The notes under the pieces were generated by a model. The model was not told the origin of the DNA, did not search any database, and was given only the letters and a program-made list of their open reading frames with translations. DNA of 64,000 nt from Somniosus microcephalus (lineage: Eukaryota). Shown piece after piece: positions 46,382 to 59,200 of this stretch (position 1 is the stretch's first letter; every line of letters starts with the position of its first letter). Location: NCBI GenBank assembly GCA_052327205.1, contig CM126232.1, positions 13,206,001 through 13,270,000 of the forward strand, read 5' to 3'. The position numbers and the translations under genes were made by a program.

Positions 46382-49300
46382 GAATATAGGAGCAGGAGAT
46401 TCGGCCCCTCGAGCCTGCTCCGCCATTCAATGAGATCATGGCTGATCATCCAAATTCAGTACCCTGTCCCTGTCTTCTCCCCATATCCCTTGATCTCTTT
46501 AGCCTTAAGAAATATATCCAACTCCTTCTTGAATATATTTAATGAATTGGCCTCCACTGCCTTCTGTGGTAGAGAATTCCACAGGTTCACCACTCTCTGG
46601 GTGAAGAAATTCCTCCTCATCTCAGTCCTAAATGGCTTACCCCTTATCCTTAGACTGTGACCCCTGGTTCTGGACTCCCCTGCCATCGGGAACATCCTTC
46701 CTGCATCTAGTCTGTCTGACCTGACTAGAATTTTATAGTTTCTATGAGATCCCCTCTCATTCTTCTAAACTCCAGCGAGTATAAGCCCAATTGACACTGT
46801 GATAATAATAATAACTTCCGGGAAGTTATGTCATCACTTCCTGTGAACTGTGAACTATGAACTGTGTACATACCTCACTTCCTGTCATATGTCACTTCCT
46901 GTTAACTGCACACAATACTCAAGGTGCGGTCTCACCAAGGCCCTGTACAACTGCAGCAAGACATCCTTGTTCCTGTACTCGAACCCTCTCGCTACGAAGG
47001 CCAACATACCATTTGCCTCCTTAACCACCTGCTGCACCTGGCATGCTTACCTTCAGCGACTGGTGCACAAGGACACCCAGGTCTCGTTGCACTTCCCCAT
47101 CTCCCAATCTATTGCCGTTCAGATAATAATCTGCCTTCCTGTTTTTGCCACCAAAGTGGATAACCTCGCATTTATCCACATTATACTGCATCTGCCATGC
47201 TTCTGCCCAATCACCCAACCTGTCCAAATCATACTGGAGTTCCTCGGCAACCGCCTCACAGCACACACGCCCACCCAGCTTTGTGTCGTCTGCAAACTTG
47301 GAGATATTACATCTAGTTCCCTTGTCTATATAATATAATATATGACCGATCCCTTATTCCAGCTCTTTGCTTCCTGTCTGCCAGCCAGTTCTTTATCCAA
47401 GTCAGTACCTTGCCCCCAATCTCATGTGCCTTAACTTTATACGCTAATCTCTTATGCGGGACCTTATCGAAAGCCTTCTGAAAGTCCAAATACACCACAT
47501 CCACTGGTTCTCCCTTATCTATTTTACCAGTTACATCCTCAAAAAATTCCAGTAGATTAGTCAAGCACGATTTACCTTTTGTAAATCCATGTTGACTTTG
47601 TCCGATCCTGTCAGTTTTCCAAGTGCTCTGCTATTACATCTTTTATAATAGACTCTAGCATTTTCCCCACTACCGATGTCAGGCTTACCGGTCTATAATT
47701 CCCCGTTTTCTCTCTACCACCTTTTTTGAATAGTGGGGTAACATTAGCTACCCTCCAATCCATGGGAACTGTTCCAGAGTCTATAGAATTTTGGAAGATG
47801 ACCAGCAATGCATCTACTATTTCTAGGGCCACTTCCTTAAGTACCCTAGGATGTAGATTATCAGGACCTAGGGATTTATCGGCCTTCAATCCCATCAATT
47901 TCCCTAACACCACTTCCCTACAAATACTGATTTCTTTCAGTTCCTCCCTCTCATTAGACCCCATGTTCTCCGACATCTCTGGGAGGTTATTTGTGTCCTC
48001 CTTTGTGAAGACAGAACCAATGTATTTAATTGGTCTGTCATTTCTTTGTTCCCCATTATAAATTCCCCTGATTCTGACTGCAAGGGACCTACGCTCGACT
48101 TCACCAATCTTTTTCTCTTCACATATCTATAAAAGCTTTTACAGTCAGTTTTTATGTTCCCTGAAAGCTTACTCTCATACTCTATTATCCCCCTCTTAAT
48201 TAATCCCTTTGTCCTCCTTTGCTGAATCCTAAACTGCTCCCAATCCTCAGGTTTACTGCTTTTTCTGGCCAATGTATATGTCCTCTCCTTGGATCTTATG
48301 CTATCCCTAATTTCCCTTGTTAGCCACGGTTGAGTCACCTTTTTGTTTTATTTTTATACCAAACAGGGATGAACAAATTCTGTAGTTCATCCATGCGATC
48401 TTTGAATGTTTGCCATTGCCTATCCACCGTCAACCCTTTGAGTAACATTCCCCAATCAATCCTACCCAACTCTCATCTCATACCATTGTTGTTTCCTTTA
48501 TTTAAATTCAGGACCCTAGTCTCTGAATCAACTACTTCACTCTCCATCTTAATGAAGAATTCTATCATATTATGATCGCTCCAACCCAAGGGGCCTCGCA
48601 CAACAAGATTGCTAATTAATCCTTTCTCATTACATAATACCCAGTCTAAGAATGGCCTGATCTCTAGTTGGTTCCTCGACATATTGGTCCAGGAAACCAT
48701 CCCGTATACACTCCAGGAATTCCTCCTCCACAGTATTGTTACTAATTTGGTTAGCCCAATCTATATGTAGATTAAAGTCACCCATGATAACTGCTGTGCC
48801 CTTATTGCACGCGTCTCTAATTTCCCGTTTAATGCCATCCCCAACCTCCGCATTACTGTTTGGAGGTCCCACTAACGTTTTCTGCCCCTTGGTATTTCTC
48901 AGTTCTACCCATACAGATTCCACATCATCCTTCCTTTCAATTGTGTTAATCCCCTCGTTAACTAGCAATGCTACCCCACCTCCTTTTCGCCTATCTTTCC
49001 TCAATATTGAATACCCCTGGATGTTGAGTTCCCAGCCTTGGTCACCCTGGAGCCATGTTTCCGTAATCCCAATCATATCATATCCATTTACCTCTATTTG
49101 CGCAGCTAATTCATCCACCTTATTACGAATGCTCCTCGCATTAAGACACAAGGCCTTCAGGCTTGTTTTTTTTTTAACACTCTTACACCTTTTAGAATTA
49201 TTATTGACTGTGGCCATGTTTGATTTAAACCCTTGATTTCTCTGACTGCCACCTTTGTTTTTCTCCTTCCTGTCTTTTGCTTCTATCCTTGTTTCCCTTT

Positions 49301-49472
49301 CTTCTGTCTCCCTGCTCAGGTTCCCAACCCCCTGCCATTTTAGTTTAAACCCTCCCCCAGAGCACTAGCAAACACTCCTCCTAGGACATCGGTCCCGGCC
49401 CTGCCCAGGTGCAAACCGTCCAGTTTGTACTGGTCCCACCTCCCCCAGAACCGGTTCCAATGTCCTAGGAAT
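46382..49472 (-). mobile_element. CR1 (HER1-like) LINE: ORF1 end, ORF2 endonuclease-RT, 3' tail; broken
   Basis: ORF1 esterase-like end (HWNRFWGRWDQYKLDGLHL), APE domain LNARSIRNK...ITETWL...MGDFN, RT NYRPVSLTS, YLDFQKAFDKVPH, FADDTK. Frameshifts and an internal deletion near 47340. Confidence 0.95.
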
Positions 49473-50394
49473 TATCCCAGTGACCAAAATAGACAGTGCT
49501 CAAGGCAACAACCTTGGAATTAAAATTGCTGACTTGTATTTGCCTAATCACGAAGTGCATTTGATTTTCTAATCATTCCTTCTCACTGATTGGATGTTTA
49601 GTGCCAAATCTACAGATACACACCTCCCCCCCACCCCCCTGTTGAGTGGCCTACAGCTGTGAAGATCCAACACATGGGAACACCACCATCTCCAAGTTCC
49701 CCTTCAAGTCACACACCATCCTGACTTGGAAATACATCGGAGGTTCCTTCATCGTCGCTGGGTCAAAATCCTGGAACTCCCTCCCTAACAGCACTGTGGG
49801 AGTACCTTCACTACACGGACTGCAGCGGTTCAAGAAGGCGGCTCACCACCACCTTCTCAAGGGCAATTAGGGATGGGCAGGCCCACGTCCCAGGAATGAA
49901 TTTTTTTTAAAAAGCTACCTATTCTCACCCGAAATACGAGCGTGTTGCTGGTCATTCAACTGGTGACACACACTCCAAAGCCCCATCACCATACCTCAGC
50001 ATGCAGTCTCTGGGACTGTCTGAATGCTAATGCCTCCAGTGTGGTGCTAAACAGCCACGTAACTGCTTTGGGACAGTTTACTGACACTGTATATTTATAG
50101 AAATGTAATCACATTGTACACGCAGTAAACATTTGGCAGTATACCTGCTATTCATGAAACACGTCACGGGCTAACTCAACAACTTGTATTTAAATAGCGC
50201 CTTTAACGTAGTAAAACATCCCAAGATGCTTCACAGGAACGTTAGCAGACAAAAATTTGACACCGAGCCACATAACGAGAAATTAGGACAGGTGACCAAA
50301 AGCTTGGTGGAAGAGGTAGATTTTAAGCAGCGTCTTAAAGGAGGAGATTGCTGAACTCAGGGCCAAGGCAGCTGAGTGGGCAGATAGTCAGAGT

Positions 50395-51730
50395 CATGGA
50401 ATCAGAGTCATAACGGCACAGAAGGAGGCCATTCGGCCCGTCGAGTCCGTGCCGGCTCTCTGCAGAGCAATCGAGTCAGTCCCTTTCCCTCGCTCTATCC
50501 CTGTAGCCCTGCAAGTTTATTTCCCTCAACTGACTATCCAGTCTCCCCTTGAAAACATTGAGTGCCTCCACTTCCACCGCTTCCGTCAGTAGCGAGATCC
50601 AGATCCTCACATCCCCCCTGTATTTCTTGCCCAAAACCTTAAATCTGTGTCCCCCTAGTCCTTGTACCATCAACTAGTGGGAGCAGCCTTTCCCTGTCTA
50701 GCCTATCCAAACCCGTCATAATCTTGTACACCTCTATCAAATCACCCCTCAACCTCCTTTGCTCTAATGAAAACAAATCCAGCTTCCCCAATCTGTCCTT
50801 GTAGCTAAGATCCCCAATCCCCAGAACCATTCTGGTAAATCTCCTCTGCACCCTCTGAAGGACCTTCACATCCTTCCTAAAGTGTGGTGACCAGAACTGG
50901 ATGCAATACTCCAGTTGTGGCCTAACCAGCGCTTTATAAAGATTCAGCATACCTTCTCTACTTTTGTACTCAATACCTCTATTTATGAAGCCCAAGATCC
51001 CATATGCTTTGCTAACCACCCTCTCAATATGTCCCACCACCTTCAGGGACCTATGCACATTAACTCCCAGGTCCCTCTGTCCCTGCACACTCTTTAAAAC
51101 TGTGCCATTAAGTGTATATTGCCTCTCCCTGTTGCTTCTGCCAAAATGCATCACCTGACACTTCTCTGTATTAAATTCCATCTGCCACTTGTCTGCCCAT
51201 TCTGCGAGCCTTTCTATGTCCTGTTGCAGTTGATTGGTATCATCCTCACTGTTTGCCACACCCCCAAATTTGGGGTCATTGGCAAAATTAGAAATTCTAC
51301 GTTGTAGTCCAATATCCAGGAGATAGATATATAGATATATTTCTAAAAAAAAGCAGTGGCCCCAGCACTGACCCTTGGGGAACACCACTGTCTACCATCC
51401 TCCAGTCTGAAAAACAGCCATTTACCAAAACTCACTGTTTTCTGTCCTTAAGCTAATTCCTTATCCAAGCTGCCACTGACCCACCTATTACATGAGCCTT
51501 AATTTTGCTAATCAGCCTTCTATGTGATACTTTGTCAAACGCCTTCCTAAAGTCCATGTAGACAACATCCATTGCATTTCCTGCCTTTTACAAATCCGTG
51601 TTGGCTCTCAATTAGTTTAAACCTGTCCAAGTACCTGTTAATTTTTTCCTTGATTATTGTTTCTAAAACTTTACCCACCACTGATGTTAAACTGACCGGC
51701 CTATAGTTACTAGGATTGTCCTTACACCCT
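50395..51730 (-). mobile_element. CR1 LINE RT and 3' part
   Basis: NYRPVSLTSVVGK, WADKWQMEFNTEKC, LYKALVRPQLEYCIQFWSP, then a tail. Confidence 0.9.
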
Positions 51731-51734
51731 TTCT

Positions 51735-52145
51735 TGGTGGGGCGAAGTAAGCAAGTGATGCACAGTTGGCCAGAGTTTGGAAGAGCGCAGAAATCTCGGA
51801 GTGTTGCAGAGCTGGAGGAGGTTACAGAGGTAGGGAGGGGCGAGGCCATGGAGGGATTTGAAAATGAGGATGAGAATTTTAAAATCAAGGCGTTGCCGGA
51901 CTGGGAGCCAATGTAGGTCAGCGAGCACAGGGGTGATGGTCGAACGGGACTTGATGCAATTAGGATTCGGGCAGCCGAGTATTGGATGGGCTTAAGTTTA
52001 TGGAGGGTGGAAAATGGGAGGCCGGCCAGGAATGTGTTGGAATAGTCAAGTCTAGAGGTAACAAAGGCATGGATGAGGGTTTCAGCAGCAGATGAGCTGA
52101 GGCAAGGACCGAGACGGGCGATGTTACGGAGGTGGAAGTAGGCAG
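51735..52145 (-). mobile_element. L2 LINE fragment
   Basis: AYFHLRNIARL...ETLIHAFVTSRLDYSN. Its tail is probably the L2 3' end at 50180-50375. Confidence 0.85.
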
Positions 52146-52682
52146 TGTATTGTTGAACTGATTTTTGTGGCTCATGATTGGTGTAAGGAACGGATTCATT
52201 CAGATTTAACAGAACCCTACATTCAGCAGCTCCCTTTGAGCACTTGTCCAAGGTTCTAACAACAAGTCAAGAGTAAGGGAGCGATGAATTTGAGGACTTT
52301 TTCCTGATCTGAAGCTTCCGCAGAGATCCTGCACTGAAACAAACTAAAAATAGTTTTTTTTTTTAAAAAAAAAACAGGTTCCCAAGAAGAGATTGAAGGA
52401 GATTGACCTCCTACTCCTTCCTGCTGATGAATCACATGCATCCTGCAAAGTCACGCGCTCATTCCAAACGTATTAAATCCCTGAAGGGAGGCAGATAACC
52501 ATCGGTAGCAGTCAGCATTCCTTCAATCACCGACCAGACACGTTTCCAGGAAACTGCCAGATTTTCCAACCTCTGTGTCCGTGCTCGGGAGCAGGGGTGA
52601 ATGAGTGCTCCACTCAATACTCGGTTGCTTCTTATCCTATAACTTGTATGATTACCGGGCTTTTGGCATTCACCCCACAGAC

Positions 52683-53130
52683 AAAGACTTGCATTTGTAT
52701 AGCACCTTTCCATGACCTCAGGCCGGCCCAAAGCACTTTCCAGCCAATGAAGACCTTCCCCCCCAAAGCGTTGTCACTGTTGTAATCTAGGAAAGGTGGC
52801 AGACATTTTGCGCACAGCACGATCCCACAAACAAGATAATGATCGGATAACCTGTTTTAGGTGTTGGTAGAGGGTTAAATATTGGCCAGGACACCGGGGA
52901 GAACTCCCCCGCTCTTCTTCCAATAGTGCCGCGGCATCTTCAGCGTCTACCCGAGGGGGGCCTCGGTTTAACGTCTCATCCGAAAGACGGTACCTCCGAC
53001 AGCGCGGCACACCCTCGGCACTGCGCTGGAGGTGTCGGCCTAGATTTTGTGTTCAAGTCTCTGGAGTGGGTCTTGAACCCACGACCTTCTGACTCAGAGG
53101 CGAGAGTGCTGCCCACTGAGCCACGGCTGA
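52683..53130 (-). mobile_element. Full-length DeuSINE
   Basis: Reverse complement of head, core and tail. Confidence 0.85.
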
Positions 53131-53659
53131 GTTGAGGCCCACACAAGGGATCTGGTTCCAAGGGCAGAGTAAAAAAAAAGGCACAACCTGAAAACTGCAT
53201 CATCCATTCAGTGGAATAGACTTCTCCTTTAATTCCGACCAATTGCTTTTCAGCTACGACCAAATGAAAACCAATTAAAAAAGGCAGGAATTCCACAAGT
53301 CACATCCACGGGCCTTCTAAATAAATTTCAGCTTTCAAAATGACGCCTTTTCCCGAGAACAAGTGCTGTTGGTTTGGAGAGGAGGGATTTTCAAACATAA
53401 AACGGAACAGCGGCGACTCGAATGCCCTCGAGCTGCTAGGGCTGGTTGGCCATGGAATGCATCGCAGGTGCAGCCTGGCGGACAATTTGCAAAGTGCTGT
53501 CCCACAGCCCAGTTAACATGAAGCAAAGCCGCCAGGGTTGATCCGTTACAGATAGAACGGTGACTAAAGCACTGGTCAAACAGTATCTGTGAAAAGACTC
53601 GGGGGGTGTGGGCCTTTGGGAGCTTGGAGATCGGCGAGCTCCTTAACGGGACTAAAAAA

Positions 53660-54663
53660 AAACAAGAGGAACAGGAGGAGGCCATTCAGCCCCTCGAGCC
53701 TGTTCCGCCATTCAAGTAGATCATGGCTGATCATCACCTCGACTCCATTTGCCCGCCTTTGCTCCATATCCCGCGATACCCTTACCCAACAAAAAATTGC
53801 CAATCTCAGTCTTGAAAGCGCCAATTGGCCCCTGAATCCACAGCCTTTTGATGGAGTTTTCCAGGTATTCACTACCCTGTGTGTGAAGAAGTGCTTCCCG
53901 ATTCACTCCTAAATGGTCTGGCTGTAATTTTAAGGTTATGCCCCCTTGTTCTGGATTCCCCACCACTACCCTATTGAATCCTACTGTAATCATTTTATAC
54001 TTGCAGATAGAAAACTTGCAGTCTGGGCAGTTGCGCGGCAAATGAACTTTAACATAGATAAATGCGAGGGTGATGCACTTTGGGAGGAAAAATAGAAACT
54101 CCACCTACAGTTTAGAAAATAAGAGACTGAATGGAGTAGAAGAGCAAAGGGCTCTAGGGATAGAGGTGAACAAATCATTAAAAGCAGCATCGCAGGCCAG
54201 CAAAGCACTGGGATTTATTTCTAGGGGTCTAGAATTCAAAAGTAGTGAAGTTATGTTAAACTTGTACAGGACCCTGGTAAGGTCTCACTGTGCACAGTTC
54301 TGGTCTCCGTACTATAAAATGGACATAGAAGCACTGAAGAAAGTGCAAAAAGGATTTACAAGGATGAAATCGGAACCAAGAGATTACAGCTATCAGGGAA
54401 GTTTGAACAGGTTGGGGCCTACATTTCGTTGTACTGCACTTGTGCACTAACAATGACAATAAAGTTGATTATTACCTTTCTTTAGAAAAGAGAAGACTAA
54501 GAGGTCTTTAAAATTATGAATGGGTTGGACAGAGTAGATGTGGAATGTATCCACTAGTAGGAAAATCCAAAACTAGGGGCCATAAATACAAGATGAATAA
54601 ATCCAATAGGGAAATAAGGAGAAATTTCTTTACTCAAGAGTGGTGAGAACGTGGAACTCACTA
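53660..54663. mobile_element. Two CR1 3' fragments in opposite orientation
   Basis: 53660-53970 is a - strand tail. 54020-54663 is + strand (MHFGRKN...MLNLYRTLVR). Confidence 0.8.
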
Positions 54664-55063
54664 CAGGTAGACTATCCTTTATCCGAACTTCCGAAAACCG
54701 AAAACCTCTAAAAACCGAAAGTTTTTTCGTTCAGCGTAAGTCGTGCGCACGACATGACCAGAGTGGCGCACGACTTACGCTGAGCAGGGCAGAGGGTCAC
54801 AGAGTTCCCTCCTGGGTAGGAGATTGCAGGCCGAGCCGGGCAGTGTGAAGGAGGTACCGGGAGAGTGAACCCAACAACACAGCGGCCCGTCCGATAGCTG
54901 CAGCGGCCTGTCCGATATTCTTTCCCCCCCCCCCACCGACGCCCACCCCGACCCCCCGCCGACAAATTTCCCAGTCTTATAAAATACCTTCTAAAATCTG
55001 AAATTTTCCGAAAACCGAAACACGGCTGGTCCCAAGGTTTTTGGATAAAGGATAGTCTACCTG
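54664..55063. mobile_element. Tigger/pogo-type MITE (Tigger4/Zombi-like ends)
   Basis: Perfect 21-bp TIRs CAGGTAGACTATCCTTTATCC with TA TSD. Splits the CR1 motif ggaactcacTA|ccacagg. Confidence 0.9.
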
Positions 55064-55075
55064 TACCACAGGAAA

Positions 55076-55485
55076 AGAAAGACTTGCATTTCTATAGCAC
55101 CTTTCATGACCTCAGGACATCCCAAAGTGCTTTACAGCCAATGAAGTACTTTTTTTTTTTTTTGAAGTGGAGTCACTGTTGTAATGTAGGAAACGCGGCA
55201 GCCAATTGCGCACAGCAAGCTCCCACAAACAGCAATGTGTTAATGACCAGATAATTTGTTTTTAATGATGTTGGTTGAGGGATAAATATTGCCCAGGACA
55301 CCGGGGAGAACTCCCCCTGCTCTTCTTCGAAATAGTGCCATGGGATCTTTTAAATCCACCCGAGGGGGCAGACGGGGCCTCGGTTTAACGTCACATCCGA
55401 AAGACGGCTCCTCCGACAGTGCAGCACTCGCTCAGCGCTGTACTGTACTGTAGGTTTTTTGCTCAAGTCTCTATAGTGGGACTTG
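55076..55485 (-). mobile_element. DeuSINE, 5'-truncated
   Basis: Reverse complement of core and tail. Confidence 0.85.
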
Positions 55486-55763
55486 AAGTGGTCGAGGCAA
55501 ATCGCTTCGCTGCTTTCAAAAGGAAAGCAGACAAGTGCATGAGAGAAAAGGGAATAGAAATAAATGCTGAAAGGCTGAGATCAGGTAGATGGAATGGGGG
55601 GGGGGGGGGTAAGATTCGTGAGGAGTATAAACACCAGCAGAGACGAGTTGGGCCGAATGGCCTGTTTCTGTTCTGTATATTCAGTGTAGTTCTATGTAAA
55701 CACCCCAGTTAGATCACTCAACCCTCTATATTTAAGGGAGTACAAGCTAAGTTTATGCTACCT

Positions 55764-56178
55764 CGCTGGAGTTTAGAAGAATGAGAGGGGAGCTCATTGA
55801 AACTTATAAAATTCTGACAGGACTGGACAGGCTAGATGCAGGAAGGATGTTCCCGATGGTCGGGGAGTCCAGAACCAGGGGTCACAGTCTAAGGATAAGG
55901 GGTAAGCCATTTAGGACAGGAGGAGGAGGAATTTCTTCACCCAGAGAGTGGTGAACCTGTGGAATTCTCTACCACAGAAGGCAGTAGAGGCCAATTCATT
56001 AAATATATTCAAGAAGGAGTTGGATATATTTCTTAAGGCTAAAGGGATCAAGGGGTATGGGGAGAAAGCAGGGACCGGGTACTGAATTTGGATGATCAGC
56101 CATGATCGCATTGAATGGCGGAGCAGGCTCGAGGGGCCGAATGGCCGACTCCTGCTCCTATCTTCTATGTTTCTATGT
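55764..56178 (+). mobile_element. Young CR1 3' end
   Basis: Highly similar to the reverse complement of 46382-46778, with a (ttctatgt)n tail. Confidence 0.9.
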
Positions 56179-56245
56179 TACCTGTCCTTATAATTTAACC
56201 TTTTAGCCCCGGTATCATTCTGGTGAATCTGCGCTGTACCATATC

Positions 56246-59200
56246 TGTGGTGTATGTAACCTGTTCCACCTTAAGAGAACTACTTTAAGAGATGTACTAC
56301 TTTCTCTTGGCTGCTGTATACTGTAATACCGGTGGTGACCACACCGGTATATAAGTGTTGTGTAGGGATTTGCTGGGCAGTTCAGCCCTGACCTCCAAAT
56401 AGTAAAGACCTGTTAAAAGTTATTCTTGTTGTCTGTGTCCAGTGATTGATCCTAAACATAACTGGGACACACAGACTCAACAGTGGCGATGAGTCCGATC
56501 TTACCCTGCGGCAGTTTTACATCCAAGGCAGCTTCGTCCTCAGAACGGGCGTCGAGAAGAGGCATCCGCCCTCATCATCCTGCTGAGCACCATCGCACGG
56601 GAGGCATCGAGAACCCGGGTTAAAAAGAAAAATTCTGACCACGAAGCCCTCCATCAGCGACAGGCAGTGATCATCCCTTCTACCACGGTGGTGGGTAAGC
56701 CGATCAGCGACACGAGCAGAAAGTCGGCCGCGTTGGCTGTGGAGTAGGGGAGGGAAAACGGAGGAATAAGGGCGGAGAACTCGACCACGGCCGGTAAAAA
56801 GGGCCGGGCTGCAATCCAGGCCGAGAGGCGCAGCGACTGGGGCAGCTTAAGGCACGAGAGCCGCGGAGAAATCAAACGCAGCCGGTGTAAAGGACCGGGC
56901 TGCAAGGCAAAGCAGCGTCGGGGAATTGATAACCGCTGGGGAGGCAAGAACGGCAGCAGCACGGCAATCGCCATTGCAGCCAGCGGGGGGGGAAGAAGGC
57001 AAACGCGGGAATCCGCCATTGTAGTCGGCGGGGGAAGAAGACGAGCGCGGGAAAGACCGCCAAGCGCGGGAAGCCGCCATTTTAGTAGGCGGGGGAAGAA
57101 GACAAGCGCGGGAAGCCGCTATTTTGAAAAAAAAAGAATTAAAAAACTTGCAAGGATGCCTAAACATGGGAGCATTAATACCTTTGATAGCGATATCGAA
57201 GATTGGACCACGTATGTAGAACGCATGGAAGTTTATTGTAAAGCAAATAAGGTACCAGATGATGAGAAAGCACTAACCTTATTAAGCTCAATGGGTGCGA
57301 AGACATACGGGCTATTGAAGCACCTTCTATCACCAAATAAACCGGCGGATCAGACTTTCGCGAATATTGTTACTGTCCTGAAAAATCATTTAAACCCCAC
57401 GCCGCTGATGATAGCGGAACGATTTAAATTTTACAGAAGAACGCAGCTGAAAGACGAAAGCAACGCTGAATTTTTAATTGAACTGCGTAAGCTATCAAAG
57501 TACTGTCAGTTTGGAACAGGACTAGCAGGTGCGCTGAGAGATAAATTTGTGTGTGGATTGTTAAAAGAAGGAACACAAAAGCGACTGCTTGAGGAGAATG
57601 ATCTTACGCTTGATAAAGCGGTCACTATTGCAGCATCGCAAGAAGCCGCAGCGAGAGGCACGGCGGAAATGCAGCTACAGTCACCGGAACTCAGCACCAA
57701 TCAAATGGTCTTGGGTACAGTAAAATGTTATCGTTGTGGAAAGACAACGCACGATCAGAACCAGTGCTGGTTCAAAAATCAGGAATGCAGAAAATGTGGC
57801 AGGCTTGGTCACATAGCTAAAGTATGCCGGTCAGGAAAGAAGACCAGCAACAAAAAGTCACCGCAGGAAAAGTACAGAAAGGTACACAAGGTGACAGAGA
57901 ACAGTTCGAACGAACAGAAGTCAGATTCAGACTCCAGCAGTAATGAACTGGGTAGTCTAAGAGTACACAATGTTGGTAAGGAAGCAGACCTCCAAACAAT
58001 TTGGGTCACACTTCAGATAGCAGGAGTCCAAGTGAAGATGGAATTGGACACTGGATCGGCATTGACGGTCATGAATAAGCAAGATTACAAAAGGTTATTC
58101 CCACATATTCCCCTACGGGATACGGAGATTGTATTGAAAACATACACGGGGCAAAGAGTATACCCCATCGGGAAGAAAGAGGTAAAGGTGGTCCACAAGG
58201 GCAAAGAAAGCCGAGGAATGGACTTATATGTGCTACCTGAGGGAGGTCCACCACTACTGGGACGGGAGTGGATTAGGAAAATAAATATTAACTGGCATTC
58301 CTTAAAAGCACTAACGGTAGATTCCGGTAAAAAAGATGTCAAACCTAAACGATTGTCCAGAATGTTGGACGATGCTAAAGAGGTGTTCCAACAGGGACTG
58401 GGAACACAGAGGAATTACGGCAAATATCAAGGTTGAAGAACATGCAAACCCGAAATTTTTCAAAGCCAGACCGGTACCTTATGCGATACGACCTGCTGTA
58501 GAAGCTGAGCTGGAAGGGCTAGAACGTTCAGGAGTACTGTCTAAGGTAGACTGGAGTGAGTGGGCCACGCCCATTGTTCCCGTCATGAAGCGTTCATCGA
58601 GCAACAAGCCGGGGGAACCGGGGAAGGTTCGCATCTGTGGAGATTTCAAGATCACTGTTAATCCGGTGCTTCACACGGTGCAGTATCCGCTTCCGCGGAT
58701 TGAGGATATCTTCGCTTCGTTGTCTGTCGGGAAACACTTCACCAAGATAGACCTGGCGCAGGCATACTTACAGATGGAAGTTGAGGAAGAGTCACGCCAG
58801 TATCTCACGATCAACACGCATAGAGGCCTGTACCGGTATAATAGACTGGTTTTTGGAGTGGCATCGGCTCCAGCAATTTGGCAGAGGGCCATGGAGCAGG
58901 TATTACAGGGAATTCCAGGCACACAATGTTACCTGGACGATATTCTGATTACAGGAGATGATGACGAGGAACACCTTGCAAATTTGGAACTGGTGCTCAC
59001 CAGATTGAAAGAATATGGACTTCGTGTTAATCGCCAGAAATGTGAGTTCTTTCAGAAGCGGATCTCGTACTGTGGTCATGTCATTGACCAGGAGGGGCTT
59101 CATAAGTCTTCTGACAAGATCGAAGCTGTTGTGAAGGCTCCCGCTCCGGATAATGTATCCCAGTTGAGGTCGTTCCTAGGGTTGATTAACTATTACCATA

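Noticed and set aside
46811-46829. loxP-like ends (ataacttc...gaagttat)
   Set aside because: Lacks the 13-bp arms and 8-bp spacer. Better read as a GAS palindrome.
58380-58436. Programmed ribosomal frameshift in gag-pol
   Set aside because: No slippery heptamer, it falls after the protease, and element 1 is in frame at the same site.
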